Program-made: the position numbers and the translations under genes
The notes under the pieces: generated by a model
Told to the model about the DNA's origin: nothing
Databases searched by the model: none
What the model saw: the letters and a program-made list of their open reading frames with translations, nothing else
Source: Bugula neritina
Taxonomy: Eukaryota > Animalia > Bryozoa
Length of the DNA stretch: 64,000 nucleotides
Direction of reading: 5' to 3'
Assembly: GCA_964035545.1 (NCBI GenBank)
Contig: OZ037769.1
Location: 4,383,929-4,447,928, forward strand
In this document: piece after piece, positions 1 through 13,771 of the stretch
Position numbering within the stretch: the stretch's first letter is position 1
Layout: each line of letters starts with the position of its first letter

Positions 1-3000
1 GGCAAGAATTATGACTACCACAGCAAATACTATTCCAGCTACAATTCCTCCAATGATACCAGCTCTATTTATGAGTACTGGCTTGTTGCTTGTAAGTGAC
101 TCCTCTTTTATCCTTTCTACATAATAAACACAAAGCAATATTAGTCATAAACACTATTACTAATAATCTGAACAATAAAATATTTTCAAACTGCACATCA
201 TGCATGCTTACAGCATGAATATGTTTACAAACCTACCCTGAGTCTGCAATGTAAAAAAATTAGTCACATGCAGTGGGAGATTATTCCTAAAGTCTACAAG
301 TATTTTGAGCTAGAAATATCATATTAAGTAAAAAAGGGAACATAAATTAATTAAGATATAAAGATTAGCTGTACATGACATAATGGGATAAATTGATATA
401 GTTTATATAGAAGATAGCGAGATTAAATATATTAATCATTATAATAAAAACTGGGTGTTTTGGTATTAAATGCAATAAAACTGGAGATGTTGCCACCCAC
501 GGCTCTTAAATACAACAGAAAACATTAGTTTTGTTGGTGATTCCATAAACTTAGCCTACTGACCAATAGGAGGTGGTGGAGGGGGTTGGGTGCAGGCCCG
601 TATAGCAGTCCAAGCTGGCTCCGAGTTGTTCCGCTGATTGAACTTGCATTCAGTTGCGATAATCGTGTTGTCGTATTGGCAGATTATGGATAGTGAAGTG
701 CCCACAGTAAGCAAAGATGGAAGGGTGCTCAGTGGCATCCACCCGTCCCCGATCACAGGTTCAGGGCAGAACAGAACTAAGGTAAAAAAAATTAAATTTT
801 TATTAAAAAAAAGTTTAAAAAACTTAATATTTTGCTTTACACAATTAATAACTGCTTTAGTTTTTAACTTAGTCTGAAAAAAAATTGTTGGCCACTAAAT
901 TATTTCATTGAGAAATAATAACTTATGACCATCTATTTGGCAAACATACATCAAATGGTGTTGCTGTCTTTGGTCTTTAACTATTAGCCTGTAAACCCAT
1001 TCAATTTCTCAATTCCTTATGTTTTGACTCATTTTATTTCGTTAATTGTCATGGAGCTGAGGCCATTAACAACCTTTGTTACCATTAATTACTCTTATGC
1101 TTACAACCCAAACTAAATTTTTAGATTAGATCATGAAAAGTAAACACAACATTCCAACATCAATAAGTAAGGTGAATACAGATTTGGCAGTTACATCTCA
1201 GTGTTAGTGACAACATGTGCATAACAGATGTTAACTGATGAATAGAACAAATATATGAATAAAACCTATATTGCTAATCAATAGATAGCAAACAATAAAC
1301 AAACAATAACATAAGCAACTTTTAAACTTAGAGTAGACTAGTTAGCTTAGCTTATAATACTACTTCATTCCATTCTCTTAGAGACAGAAACGGTATAACT
1401 TTAGTTTACCTTTGCATTCAGTCAACTCCCATTGGCCTTTAGAGTTGCAAACAGCTGTTCCATTGAAAGGTTTTGTGCCTGGGCCACATGAATACTGAAA
1501 AGTGGTCTGGTAAGTTCGTACAGCAGGTATAGTATATGCAGCATTGGTTATATTTGGCATACCACATTCTACAACTAAAACACAATTAAAGTTGTTAATA
1601 AGTAGATCATTACCAAGTGGATACTTCATATATAGTATATACCATATATCAGCAAACTACAATATATTATAGTGGCGTGATTAGGGGCAAAAAGGTGAAT
1701 CTTATGTTTATAATAAGATGTTTTGTAGAAATCTGAAAGCTGATGAGGGAAAAGAATTGTTTTATATAAATGAAGTTGAGACAGGTTAGCCTAGCTGTCA
1801 AAAGTGGCTGACAACTCGATTGGCTAATTGCTGGTACTAATGTACTCACTGAATATGAATTTCAGTGACTGTTCTATTGTCATGCATAGTGTTAATTTGT
1901 AGAAGTTACTTACTTTTACAGTTGGGGAGGGTACCATCCCAAAAGCCACCCACCCCATCTTTTATGTTACATTTATATGTGGAACTACCACCCTCTAATC
2001 TGTAGCCTTCACTGCAGTTAAACGTGGCAGAAGATTCGTAATACAGTTCATTGGACAAGATAACCTGGCTGTTGGCTGGTAGAATGACCTCAGCACACGT
2101 GACACCTACAAATATCAATATTCCTGGAATCTGCGGCTAATCAAAACTCAATGATTAAGTTTTTATCACCAAACATACAGCCTACATAAATTGTCACCTG
2201 TACTGATCGATGTTCAGTTATATTAACAAATATTTTCTTTAAACGCATTTGTATTGGAGCTTTTGCCAACAGGAAAAGGTGACAGGTGCAAACAGCCCAA
2301 ACATTTCACTTTAAATTAAAAATAAACAGAGAGATTGACGGAAGAAGATAACTCACGTTTACAAGTGTAGTCCTCTGCCGGAACCTGCCAGCTCCAAGAT
2401 CCAGTTGCAACACTTCCGGCTGTATTCAATCGTTTACAAGTAGCAGACTTTTTTCGCACATGCCCAGACATCAGGTAGCCTTCATCACACGTCACTAAGC
2501 CGTTATACTGCGAATCGTATGAACTGAAGATGGCTGTGGATTCCAAAGTACCATGCGAGATTTGTGTATCCTCTGCCTCAGTAGAACACCCAAAAGCTGT
2601 GAAAAGATAATCAAATTTGTTTTGCAACGGTTTTCCAGCTGCTAAGTGTAGCATTGAGAAGACAATTCTTCTCACTTGATTTAAAAATAAAAAAGACATT
2701 GAATAATTCATTTCGTGGCAAATAGCTTTTGTGAATTTTGATTGCTTCAATTAAAAACACAAAATTATAAAAAAGTAACAGTTTTAAACACAGGAAGTTG
2801 TAGGAACAAAATGAGCTAAAGGACAGTTCAAAGGTTTTTTTTATTTGAGTGGTAAAAAATGCCGCTTTTAAAGCCTGCTGTATTGACAGGCACTCATTCT
2901 TCCTATCAATCCAAATTCAACTCAATTTTTTATACTAATAATTTAAAGGGGATAAGCAAAACTACACATATACAAAGAATACTGAATCACAATTAGTAGA

Positions 3001-4646
3001 CATCTTCTTGATCAGCACTCAACTTCTTATATCAGCCAATCAAAGCTTGTTTACCATCATTAGGAAAACCAATCCCGCACAGTTAAATGGGTTACTATAT
3101 TCTATTACAAACCCGAAACATCAATAGTAGCACCATCTTCAACATAGTCACTTCTGTACTCGATAGTCATCTCGTTTGTAACTGACTCGAATAACATACT
3201 CGAACTCATGTATACCCCGCATTTCCTGTCAGTCTTGGACACAGAGTCAGTGGCCGATGTGAATCGAACTTGTCTATTAGCAGCACATGGGGAGGCAGGC
3301 GTCTTCCCCAACTCAAAAACTATGCCAGCAGTGGCTATCATTAGTTGACCCTTTTTCGCACTGAGAGTTGACTTGCACACACCGACATCTCCGCTTAGTG
3401 TGCAGTTTGAAGAGGTCAATGGCATTCGAATCGTTTTTTGTTGAGCTTCGCTATCCACAAATATATTTTGATGCTCACAAAGAAATATCCAATCATCACA
3501 TTCTGCAAAAGTATAAACGCCAATGCATATTAGAGTGACACTAAAACATACTATATTGCCAGAATTTCAGCTACTCCATTCTAGTAAAAAGTGGCTATCA
3601 ACATATTTACATTCATCAGCTGACAGCTATACAATACATCAATCAACTGGCTTCAGTCTTGAATAACCTCCAAATGGACACAAAAATATATTACTATAAT
3701 TAAAAGCAGCTGACCTGGGCATTTTCTAATGGCAGGTTGCAGAAAGATTTCAAAATAATTACCATTCTGTTCATTCAATTATTAATTTATTGGCTACAAG
3801 GTATGCATAGGAGACATTTCTGGAATCAGCTATTGCTCAGTATATGCAAGTATCTAATAAATCACCTCTTTGTAGAGTATGCATGGCAGTAATTATGTAA
3901 TATGCTGTTCAAAATGTGCGCAATTGGAATTGTTGAAATAACACCAGATAATTTACACATGGGGTGATGAAGACTGACAATTAGGTGCTGTATGTTAGAT
4001 AATGATTGGATTGTATTGAATTAATGATTGCAGTGAGTAACCATAACATTGCTATTATTATAGTGATATGTTGTCCATATATGACATCTGGGATAAAGCA
4101 AGCTAATCTATTTGATAGTCAATAATCTAGAAACGGGCAACTTTAGATTTTTAGTCTACAGTTCTTTTATATACTAGCCAATATCATAGCGTACTTGGAA
4201 ACACTTTAATGTCTTATGAATTTACGCTGTGCAAATTTTGCTTTTGTTTGCAATCTAATTCTTATATAGACAATGCAATTTAGATTATTTTTGATTGTTT
4301 AAAAACACACATGGGGATTATACTAATTTCATATTTCAACTTTATTGTTGCCTGCTTCAAACGATCCACAAGGTGTTATGTTTTATGGGTACTCATTTTC
4401 AATTATTGTCATACATGTTGAACAGATATAAGTTTCAAGAAAAGGCCAGGCCTTTAATTTGCGGTCTAATTCGCAGAAATTGCACTTTACGATGGAAAAT
4501 TATGCACAGGCAGACATATCAATAAAATAACTAGTAACTGCATAAATGAATCATGAATCATATAACTTACGTGCACCCAATGTTACTGAGGCAGCGTTGA
4601 ACAGAGTGAAGAGGACAAGCTGGGACATCAAGTGCTTGCCTATCAT
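1..4646 (-). CDS. Single-pass membrane protein: signal peptide + CUB-like domain + 4 sushi/CCP domains + poly-Pro stalk + TM (3'-truncated by window start)
   Basis: Hand-spliced GT-AG exons, all phase 1: 4571-4646 (MIGKHLMSQLVLFTLFNAASVTLGA, signal peptide), 3113-3502 (CUB-like, ...RKCG...FESVTNEMTIEYRSD), 2357-2596, 1914-2105, 1410-1574, 564-776 (each one CCP with C..C..GY/G..C..W..C pattern; last ends CTQPPPPPPI), <1-116 (ERIKEESLTSNKPVLINRAGIIGGIVAGIVFAVVVIILA, hydrophobic TM). Frame stays open across all junctions. Confidence 0.88.
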
Positions 4647-4784
4647 GTTTATAACCTGGTAATTATAAAACAATCAATTGTGTTATTAAATATTAATACA
4701 TGTATTCAATCAGCAGCATGTAATAGTGAAGGCAGCAGCTATGTTTAGTTAGAAAGAGGAGTGCTAAATGCTGCCATGCATGTA

Positions 4785-4933
4785 GCTACTATATGATATG
4801 CTGTTATATATATGTTGCTATATATATGCTACTATATATACTGTCATATATATGTTGCTATATTTGCTACTATCTATGTTACTATATAAAATGCTACTAT
4901 ATAAAATCCTGCATATATGTTGCTATATATTAT
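4785..4933. repeat. AT-rich degenerate tandem repeat (TGCTA[C]TATATA)n
   Basis: Repeated tgctatatata/tgctactatat units. Confidence 0.75.
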
Positions 4934-5226
4934 AGTAACTTTTCTTTAAAGTTACTAAAGCTACTTGAAATGTACTATTTTATACTGCTGGCGTTTCTTT
5001 CTGAAATAATAAAAATCCATTGTTCACCAATAAAGGGATGTCATTTTTTCTGAAAAATAGTCTTTTTGGATATAGTGAAACAATACCATTATGTAAAAGT
5101 TGAGAAATATATTTCATATTTAAACCACTTTTTTTTCTTTGCTTAAGAACTTGAGCCAAAATTAGTATTGTTGCACTTTTATGTATATAAAACTTTAAAA
5201 ATTCTTGTGGGTCTATAGTTACCATA

Positions 5227-5340
5227 CCTGTGAGAACTTTAATGGAGAGGAGATTTTTGGCATACTACCAATTATGGACAATAACCAATGGCCTTTACTG
5301 GGATTTGAACTACTGAGCTTTGTGTTTACTAAGCCAGTGC
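5227..5340 (-). mobile_element. Degenerate SINE fragment (same family)
   Basis: Matches family segments cctgtgagaa... and accaatggcctttactgggatttgaac...gtgtttactaagc with internal deletion. Confidence 0.65.
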
Positions 5341-6286
5341 TTTCTGATGTATGTAAAACCTTACTATTTTCATGATCAAAGATTTACTAAACTCCAATTG
5401 ATCTCTTTCTCAGTCCTTTAGTAAATTAACATAAGTTCATTCAACTGTTTTCTAGTTTATACCAAAAGGTATCCATTCAATTAATTAGATTGCGGTCAAA
5501 CTTATGCAATAAAAGTTGGTCAAAAGTCTATAATTTTCTAAGGCACCGCAAGTCAGAAAGGAAGAGGGAAATTTTGAGTATGTAAATAGACTTCTGAACC
5601 TTGAGGGTTTTGAAGTAGGCGTGTGAAGATATCAATGGAGGGAGTAGATATCATTGGAAAGTGCAGACCCGTAAAAAAGATGTTATTACTTGCATAACTT
5701 ACAAAGGTTTTGTAAGCAACACATCTTTATATCATCAATCCTTATAGCAATTAAATCGAAATTCAGGTTGCATTCAGTGTACTAATTCCATCAATTAAAC
5801 AGCATAACTTTCAAAAATATGTAGTATAAGATATAATATACATATTTTGTTTCAAAAATTATCACATCTGTGAAACACACTGGATGTACCAGAAATGAGT
5901 ACACATGTTGACCATTGAAAAAACAAACACACTTTAGTGAAAGGTTGAATTTATATGCCTTCTAATTCAACTCTTGGTATCAAAAGAGTTAAGGGGCAAA
6001 GCAGTGTGGCATACATTGAAACATTACAGATCTATTGAGTATACAGTCACAAATATTTATCTACCAATAGGTGTAAATAGCACAATACTGTTGCTATGAA
6101 TACCTCTAAATCTGTAGAGAATGAATGAGATGATTGCTAATCCCTAAAAACAAACAACCCCTAGCAGCTTCTTTTCAGAAAATAAAATTGAAAATTCAAA
6201 CAAAGACATTCCACAAGAAAGAGATCTCTATCAACAGAGAGTAAAGCAGTCTTGCACTTGAAATTAGTTGATACCTTCACCTAGAA

Positions 6287-6501
6287 AAAACTCACTAAAG
6301 TTTATAATCAATATCCCTGTGATAAACCCCTGATTAAGAAGATTTTTGTTAAATTAGGCTAAGGACTTATTTAGGTGAGGCGAAGGAAAAATTATGACTG
6401 GATGCTCTTCCTAACATCACCAATGATGTTTGGTCGGGTTCGAACCCATGACCTCGTGTTTACTAGGCAAACGTTCTAACCCCTTGACCACGGCTGCTCC
6501 C
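6287..6501 (-). mobile_element. tRNA-Thr(AGT)-derived SINE, full length, with TSD
   Basis: Minus strand reads GGGAGCAGCCGTGGTCAAGGGGTTAGAACGTTTGCCTAGTAAACACGAGGTCATGGGTTCGAACCC (A box, CTAGTAA loop, B box) + shared body GTTAGGAAGAGCATCCAGTCATAATT. TSD tgatac(c/a)ttcacctaga at 6269-6285 and 6502-6518. Confidence 0.9.
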
Positions 6502-9432
6502 TGATACATTCACCTAGAAGCTTAATCAAACCAAATTTTCACTGAATTAAAACTTGTACTGTCTAAATAATACACTTTAATATAATTTAATGTGACCCAC
6601 CGAAATGAAAAAACCAGGCTTATTGTCACATTGGAGGTTTTCCTTAAGAATTGCTATAATTCATAGTCAATGCTTAAAACTATAACTTATGAAGTGTTCT
6701 TAAGGTTTCTTCACTTTAAGAAACAGAAAAGCTACCTGAAGCTAATTAGCTAGTTTAGACAAATCTTACAGCCTTCTACTGCATCTTTCTGCATGTGGCA
6801 GTTAAAATCTCAACGAAGAAATGATGAGTTACTATTGTCTTGAGTAATTGAAGGAAATCCACCAGCAGGAGCTATAGATGGTGCCATGTGTGGTGTCAAC
6901 TAGTAGCAGTTTGACATCGACACCACATAAACTGTTTTTGTTATTATTTTACTAGACTTTTTGTAGAAATATTTTGGGTGTATGTAGAAAAGTCTAGTGA
7001 CATCCGAAATGTCAAGTAAACTATAATAGTATGGGTTGTGGTTAATTACTGCTAAACATTATTATATAGACAATTACAGAACTACTAAAATGTAGTATGA
7101 AAAGTTGTAAGATTTTGAAAATCCCCTACTGATAAATTCCTTGCTCATAAATGATTATAATGTTTAATCGGACAAGACCAGTTTATTTCCAATGAATGGA
7201 ATAAAATATAATGTTTCCTTTATTGACTTAGATTTACAGCAGTTGAAGGGATTGTTTTAGATTTCTGTCCCTGTTGGATACAGGAATTCTAAAACTATTA
7301 AGCGAGCAAATGCTAAACTCCAAGCTACTCAACTTTTTCGTGTCAGTAGACACTAAGAGAGCACTTGCTTCCTAATGACAGTTACTATTTAGTGATGGTT
7401 ATGTTTGTTTTCTACCCAATACTCTACTTAATTTCCTATTCTTAAACTATTGGACACACTTTTAGTAATTAGGCTACTTATGGACCCAACAATTAGCTAG
7501 TAGTTTACACATAACAAATTTATGCTAATTCTAACAGCACAGACAAACTAAAATAATTACTTCTAAAGATCCAACTGCAGCCGTGTGTTCTCCTTTTCTA
7601 TTTTATTAGAAATTATGCAAAATACCAAAATTAGTTTTAAGCCAAGTACACCCTTTAGTTTAATTCAATATTTTCAATAACAGTGGCATATTGAATGCAT
7701 TGAAAGTTAAAGCTAACATACCAACAATAGCTGTAGCTAGAATTCTTCAAAGAATCAGCTAGTTAATAACTTTTAATTCTTTCTTGAAAGAAATGACTGC
7801 ACTTGTAAACATAAACTAACTAACCAGGTAGTTCAACAGTCGGTATTATTCACTGCTCACTGTGTTTCCATTGCTTCAAATGGTTTTTATTAGATTATTT
7901 GGGTATATTTGCATGGAATGAAACCACAACCATAAGTGAAAGTTGCAAAGCAAATCCATTCATTATAGGAGTGGAAGGATCTTATGTTTGTAAGGATGCC
8001 TTCTAAGCAATGGAACACAGGGGATGTAACAAAATCATCGTCAATTTGAACTCATTCAGTTGAATGTATAGGCTGATCGTGAAATTGCTTTTCTTTAGAA
8101 TAAAGTATTGTTGCATGGCAAGCCTATCAATTATGTATGCTTAATCGACAAGTTTTTACAAATTCCAATACATATTTTGCAGCATTCAGTCAATTCTCAT
8201 ATTACAAAGTAATAAGCATTTTGTATGTTTACCGAATTAAGTTAACAACCCAGTGCTTACTCTCGCTTAAGACCTGTGTTTAACTTGCTAACATATCAGT
8301 TTAATGGACAACAAAATTCCTTCAGCTCAAAAATTATCACAACTAAAGCTTACTTTAATCGTTGCCAGAGCTACTGAAAAGTTCAAATATAATGGTATGT
8401 GTATTTTTCTGTATACAACATTAAACAGTTCTGTACACAAAAGCAGAAGACCTTTTATAGAAAATAAGGCAATTAACAAAAATTGTCATACCTGTACGTG
8501 GTCATTGTGGATATCAAAATAGAGAAAGCGTAGATTTTAAACACTAAACAGCATCAGTGAGACTAAAGAAATTGAATTTTAGCTTGATAAGAGAACATTA
8601 TGTAAACACACGTGTAACAGCTGTTTACACTGTAGAGCTCCCCGCACCTTTCTTAGCATAGCCTAACCCTATATAATAACAGCAGTAAGAAAAGATGATA
8701 ACTTACTTCGGTATCCTAGCAAATAGCAATTAAAACGTACAACAGCCTGCACCATGTGCTACAAACGATCTATTCCGTAAGTCATTAAACTTTGAAAAGG
8801 GGAAGCAACTCAAAGCCAATACTACAGTCAACGCCTGCAGCACTTCTTTGCTGTGTTACAGTGATTTCCTGGCAATCGTTTATTCTGAATAATTATTACA
8901 AGGAACAAACCGATGAGCCAGTAATAAAATGATAAATAATGATATATGAACAAATAATTATTCATATTACGTAGTGATAAGACTGAATGATAAAGTTTTA
9001 TGGTGACTAACAAAGGTTTTATGATGAGGTAATACGAGTACTAACCTAGTACAAATAAATGAGTCAGATAGCTATGACACTTGAGAGAACTGAACAATAA
9101 AAGTTCATTGTTATTGAAAGGTCCAAGTTGTTTGTAAAAGTCAATCTGACAGACTGGCTGTGAACTTTGGTTTTTGACTTTTTGCTGACTATATAATATA
9201 AAATTTGACTCAATAATGTAATACTCAAACGTACAAAATAGAGCACAGTAGGCTACCGCCAAATTGCATTTTATTTATTGAACTCAACATAAATCGTAAT
9301 CACCATCAGCTTGATTTTTAAAAGCAAATAAAAAATAATTATTTACAGGAAGCTATTTTTTATAACATAAAATATGTACAAACTTTTGAGTAGCTATTGC
9401 CCTATGACTTATATATAGCAACTACTTTTCCG

Positions 9433-9445
9433 GGGTCAAAGTTCA
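9433..9445 (+). promoter_or_regulatory. DR1 nuclear receptor element (HNF4/RXR/COUP type)
   Basis: GGGTCA-A-AGTTCA exact DR1 consensus, upstream of the CUB-sushi coding exons. Motif match only. Confidence 0.3.
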
Positions 9446-12400
9446 AACTGTCGGTAAAAACTGAACCGCAGTCACATTTCTTATTATTCACTATGCAGAT
9501 TATGCAAGACTATAACTGACTTTAGACCTAGTTAGTTTGTTACTATGTTTCCTAATTTCCAGTTGCTTATAAGGTTCCCAAGTCATCAACTTTTATACTA
9601 CAAGTTGATTAATAGCTTTTATACACATTCAAGTAATATAATAATAGCCATAGTAATGCTTATCACAAGAATATTGGTAATGTTCAATAATTAGCTATAA
9701 TAAAAGTTATTGCACTTATAGCGTTCTCAAGATTACCTATTAGCCAATTCACACAGAAAATTCGGTCAGCTGTTCACCTTTCTTAATTACGTTTTGACTG
9801 CATAGTTATTGCCCCAGCTCCGTAAAGATTTCTTAGTTAGAAACCAATATGACATTTCCAATCTCATTTTAAGTTATCATACCAAACAATGAATCAGATA
9901 GATTATACTGAAACTTAGTCAAGCTAAGTTTAAGCCTGACTGGATTTCATTGTGCTGGATCAGATTTCCTTTTTCAACAACCATTTGATGAAATTGATTT
10001 AACTCTAATCAATGTCTTTGTCAATGAGCATTGAGCTATATGGGTGTAGCACCAGAAGGAGTTCGATAAAGCGCAGTTTTTATAGGTAATCTATGCTATG
10101 CATTTCTAATCAAAGTTTACATGAATATTAAATTGGCTCAAGATTTTTAAAGAACTCTTTCACTGACATCTAGAGAAGAAAGCCTGAAAGTGCATAAAAG
10201 GAAGGATATGCAAATAGGCTGAAAAGGCTGTAGAGAAACGTACTGAAGTAGCCCTTGAATTGGAGCTGTTTTTATTAGCTCTCATGTTTACTTCATGGTA
10301 AAAAATATTGACAATTCAAAGTCAGATTGCTTGAAAGTTCAAAGTTGATACAAATAGGAACCGAATGTGTATCATTCACTTGTAAACATTTCTTAAAAAG
10401 TTGTTTTCTAGCTGACTATTAGCTTAGATCTGCTAATAAAGTTGTTATTGCATAACCAGGAAACTGCTGCTTTTGAAATAAAAAGTTACTGTCAAATCTC
10501 AAACTCACCATAAGCAAGCACACAAGCCAAAAACACAAAATTAAACACAAAAATGCATTTCTTTCAGCTCAATGTGATTTAAATGCTTTCATAGCATTTA
10601 ATTAGTATACCCCTCACTTTGATAATACGATTCAACTTAAATTTACTCGAAGGCTCGCCAAATCTAATACATTTTAGCAATGTAAAGAAATAATAGCTTA
10701 TAGGAGTTAAAATTTTATTCACGGGCACCTATCGCAACCTATTTCTTGCAAAAATGTATCTTCTGTTTAATGCTAGATCTAAACAATAATACTATCTGAA
10801 AATATAATAAACACAATTAGGTAAATTAGTACACTCCTATATCAATATTGCAATAAGCATTTAAGTTCTGCTAAAATTTTGTATATATGCATTTGTATAC
10901 ATTGTTATTTGTACTAAAATTTATAGATTTCCTTGATTAATATATCAAAAAACATGTAAAGCGAAAACAAAAGTTTACATGCTCTTTTGAATATACATGC
11001 ATAAAACACAATAAATTCACAGCTGATTGAAAACAGCAATTTACTTTTCATTGATTTTGCATTTGATTTCTTATTAAAAAACCAATCAAAGAGCAAATAT
11101 GCATAATTGGCATGTGTTCACTAAAATAGAAAAAGCCAATTTTGGTTTTGTAAAACAGCATCCAGTTATAAGGGTTGCTTAATTTACTGATGCATCAGTG
11201 AAAGTAAATAAAGACACTAATCAATATATTAAATTCAACATTACTTTGTGTTTTACATTAGGACTGTTGGTAATTTAAATTTTTTATAGTAATTTATAAA
11301 TTACTTTGATAATAGACTTTGTTCACTTACTTCATTATACTTACTTAAATACAGTTATGGGCATATCAGCTAAGTAAAACATAATTAGATCAGCACAATA
11401 AACTAAACTGCGCCAGCTCACAGCCAAGTTTCGACCTACAGCCTATGTACATCATAGCACAAAGAATAAACTAAATTGTAAACTAAAAGAAGATTTTTCT
11501 TTATCTTTTCTTGCATATGGCTTCTAATATTATAAGTTTGTAGAATATATTTTCAAGACCTAAACTAGCACGTTGATAGTACATTAACTTGCAACAACTT
11601 TATTAAGCTGGTCGTACTAAACAAAATGTTGAGTGTTTTAACAAAATAGGTAACTAAAACAAAAGTAAAGCTACAAACCTGTTCACCCACACATGCACAA
11701 GTTAGCTTGAATATTAAAGCTTGCATGCAATAAAATCTAGGCAAGCTGTGATACAGTATTCTGAATGTTCGCCAACCGTTTACCCTCTGGAGACCCACAA
11801 ACAATATTAACTTATCTACTCTCTCCCAAGTTTACATCAACACGTTATACCCTTGTCTTGTCTATACAATATTCTACGCAGTGTTAAATCCATGCATAGG
11901 ATATCACTGCGTTTCTATTGCTTCACATTATGTGAATGGATTTTTCATTTGATGAGAAATTAAGGAGTGGGTTTTTTATTGGACCTACCACTTTATCTAA
12001 GACTCAACTACACATTGATTACTACAATCAATGCACTTCCAGAGTTACCACTCCTACGTATAGTAGGCTGTGTCAATGTATTTACAGATTTGCTAATTAA
12101 TTGGCTTGGGCTTGTTTGAACATTGGATGAAACTCAATGAAAGAAAGAGTAACAGAATGGCAATCCGAAACAAGTGCCTCAAATTTGCAACTACATGTAA
12201 TTTACCTATGGTCGCATGTCATAACCCTGACATGACACGCAAGTGCTTCACAAGACTGTGCAAACTAAATCCTAGCCGAAAGTTATTATCCTCTAAGATA
12301 TCGATATTTTGCTGTTCCAACACTGCTATTTGCATTTGATTACAATTCAAATCTTTTGAACAATAATTTAAGCTAAAAGACAAGCTTACAATTCAAATAA

Positions 12401-13656
12401 TTACCTGGTCATTATATTTAATCTGTCTGTTTGGCTCACATTCACGCATGCATACTTCACTTCTGCTACTTAAATGAAAGCCACAGCTATTACTTTACAT
12501 ACAAACAAGTGTAACTCTAAAGCCTATGATATTATAGTTTTAATTTGATAGTGCGAAGTTAATATTACTAGGCAAACTGCATTATAGTTTAGGATGGGAG
12601 AAACTATATATCAGTACCATATGCATAATAAATATATAAAATATACCTATATATTTCTACGTAAATTCATACGAGATCAGTTCAAATTCAATTAATTAGC
12701 AATGCAAACCTCTATCATACTCCGTAAGTTTATTTAATTTGCTTACAATACACCCATGCACTGCACTGAATTTATTGTATTTCATCACATTCTAATTTTT
12801 TTATTATAATACTTAATTCACAGCTCTTAAATATGATTCCAAAAGTTTCTGACCCAACGTGAGAAAAAGAAGTTTACAAATTTTTATCCTTTTCAATCCA
12901 CACCTGTACAATGATGAATCAATAGAAATGTAATTGATTATGATAATAGAATAAAAGATTTAACAGTATAATATGCAGGTATATACATAATGTATGGACA
13001 TAGACAATAGATCTACCTGTATGCTTCTATTGTTTAGCGCACATAATTATAGCTAATGAACTACTCCTTGTATGCAATCCAATAAACTTCTCATCAGCAA
13101 AATAATGAAATAATCGAATATATAATACCTTATTTTTGTGCACCAATTAACAGGACTTGTTTTATTTGTCACAAGTTGTTTATTGGCAAAGTACAAGAAC
13201 TCTATTCAAAATTATTATAATTACTATAACAGAAATCGAAGGAATATCAAATTAAATAATACAATTTGTAGTTATAAATATTATTAATTGAGCCTGATGC
13301 ATAATTTAATCAAGTTATGGTTGTTCATATGCATGCAACATCTTCTCACCATTTTAATCAAATATCAGTTTAACGCAAATAGAAATGTGACATGCTATGT
13401 GGTTGATTCCATAGAGCTCTCACAAGCAGCCTCTACTAAAAGACTCCTTTCTAGATGAAGAGATCAGTTGTATTACTATCTTCTAGAAAGTTCTCGTTGC
13501 TAAGGTTACACAAACTACTGTAGTGCTTGGACAGCAAAATATTAAGATATTGCTCTGGAGCTTTTTATAGCACTAATTCTAATTAAATGGCCATATGCAG
13601 ATGTTAGGACTTTAGGGATCACAGTTTTGGCGTTTATAGCTGGTTTCTTATTTATT

Positions 13657-13771
13657 AAAACTCACGAAAATTCAAAATCCCTATCCCTGCAAGAACCCTT
13701 GGTGGAAAAGGTGTAGGACTTATTCATATGTGACACAGGAGCAGTTATGACTTGCAGGATGTTCTCCTAAC
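13657..13771 (-). mobile_element. 5'-truncated SINE fragment (same family)
   Basis: aaaactcacg...ctatccctg...ggacttattca...cacaggagcagttatgact...ggatgttctcctaac matches the SINE 3' body. Confidence 0.75.

Noticed and set aside
6589-7207. Possible old DNA transposon with TIRs (tgtgaccc...gaaaaaaccaggcttattgtc / gacaagaccagtttatttc)
   Set aside because: Terminal complementarity too weak and no TSD identifiable.
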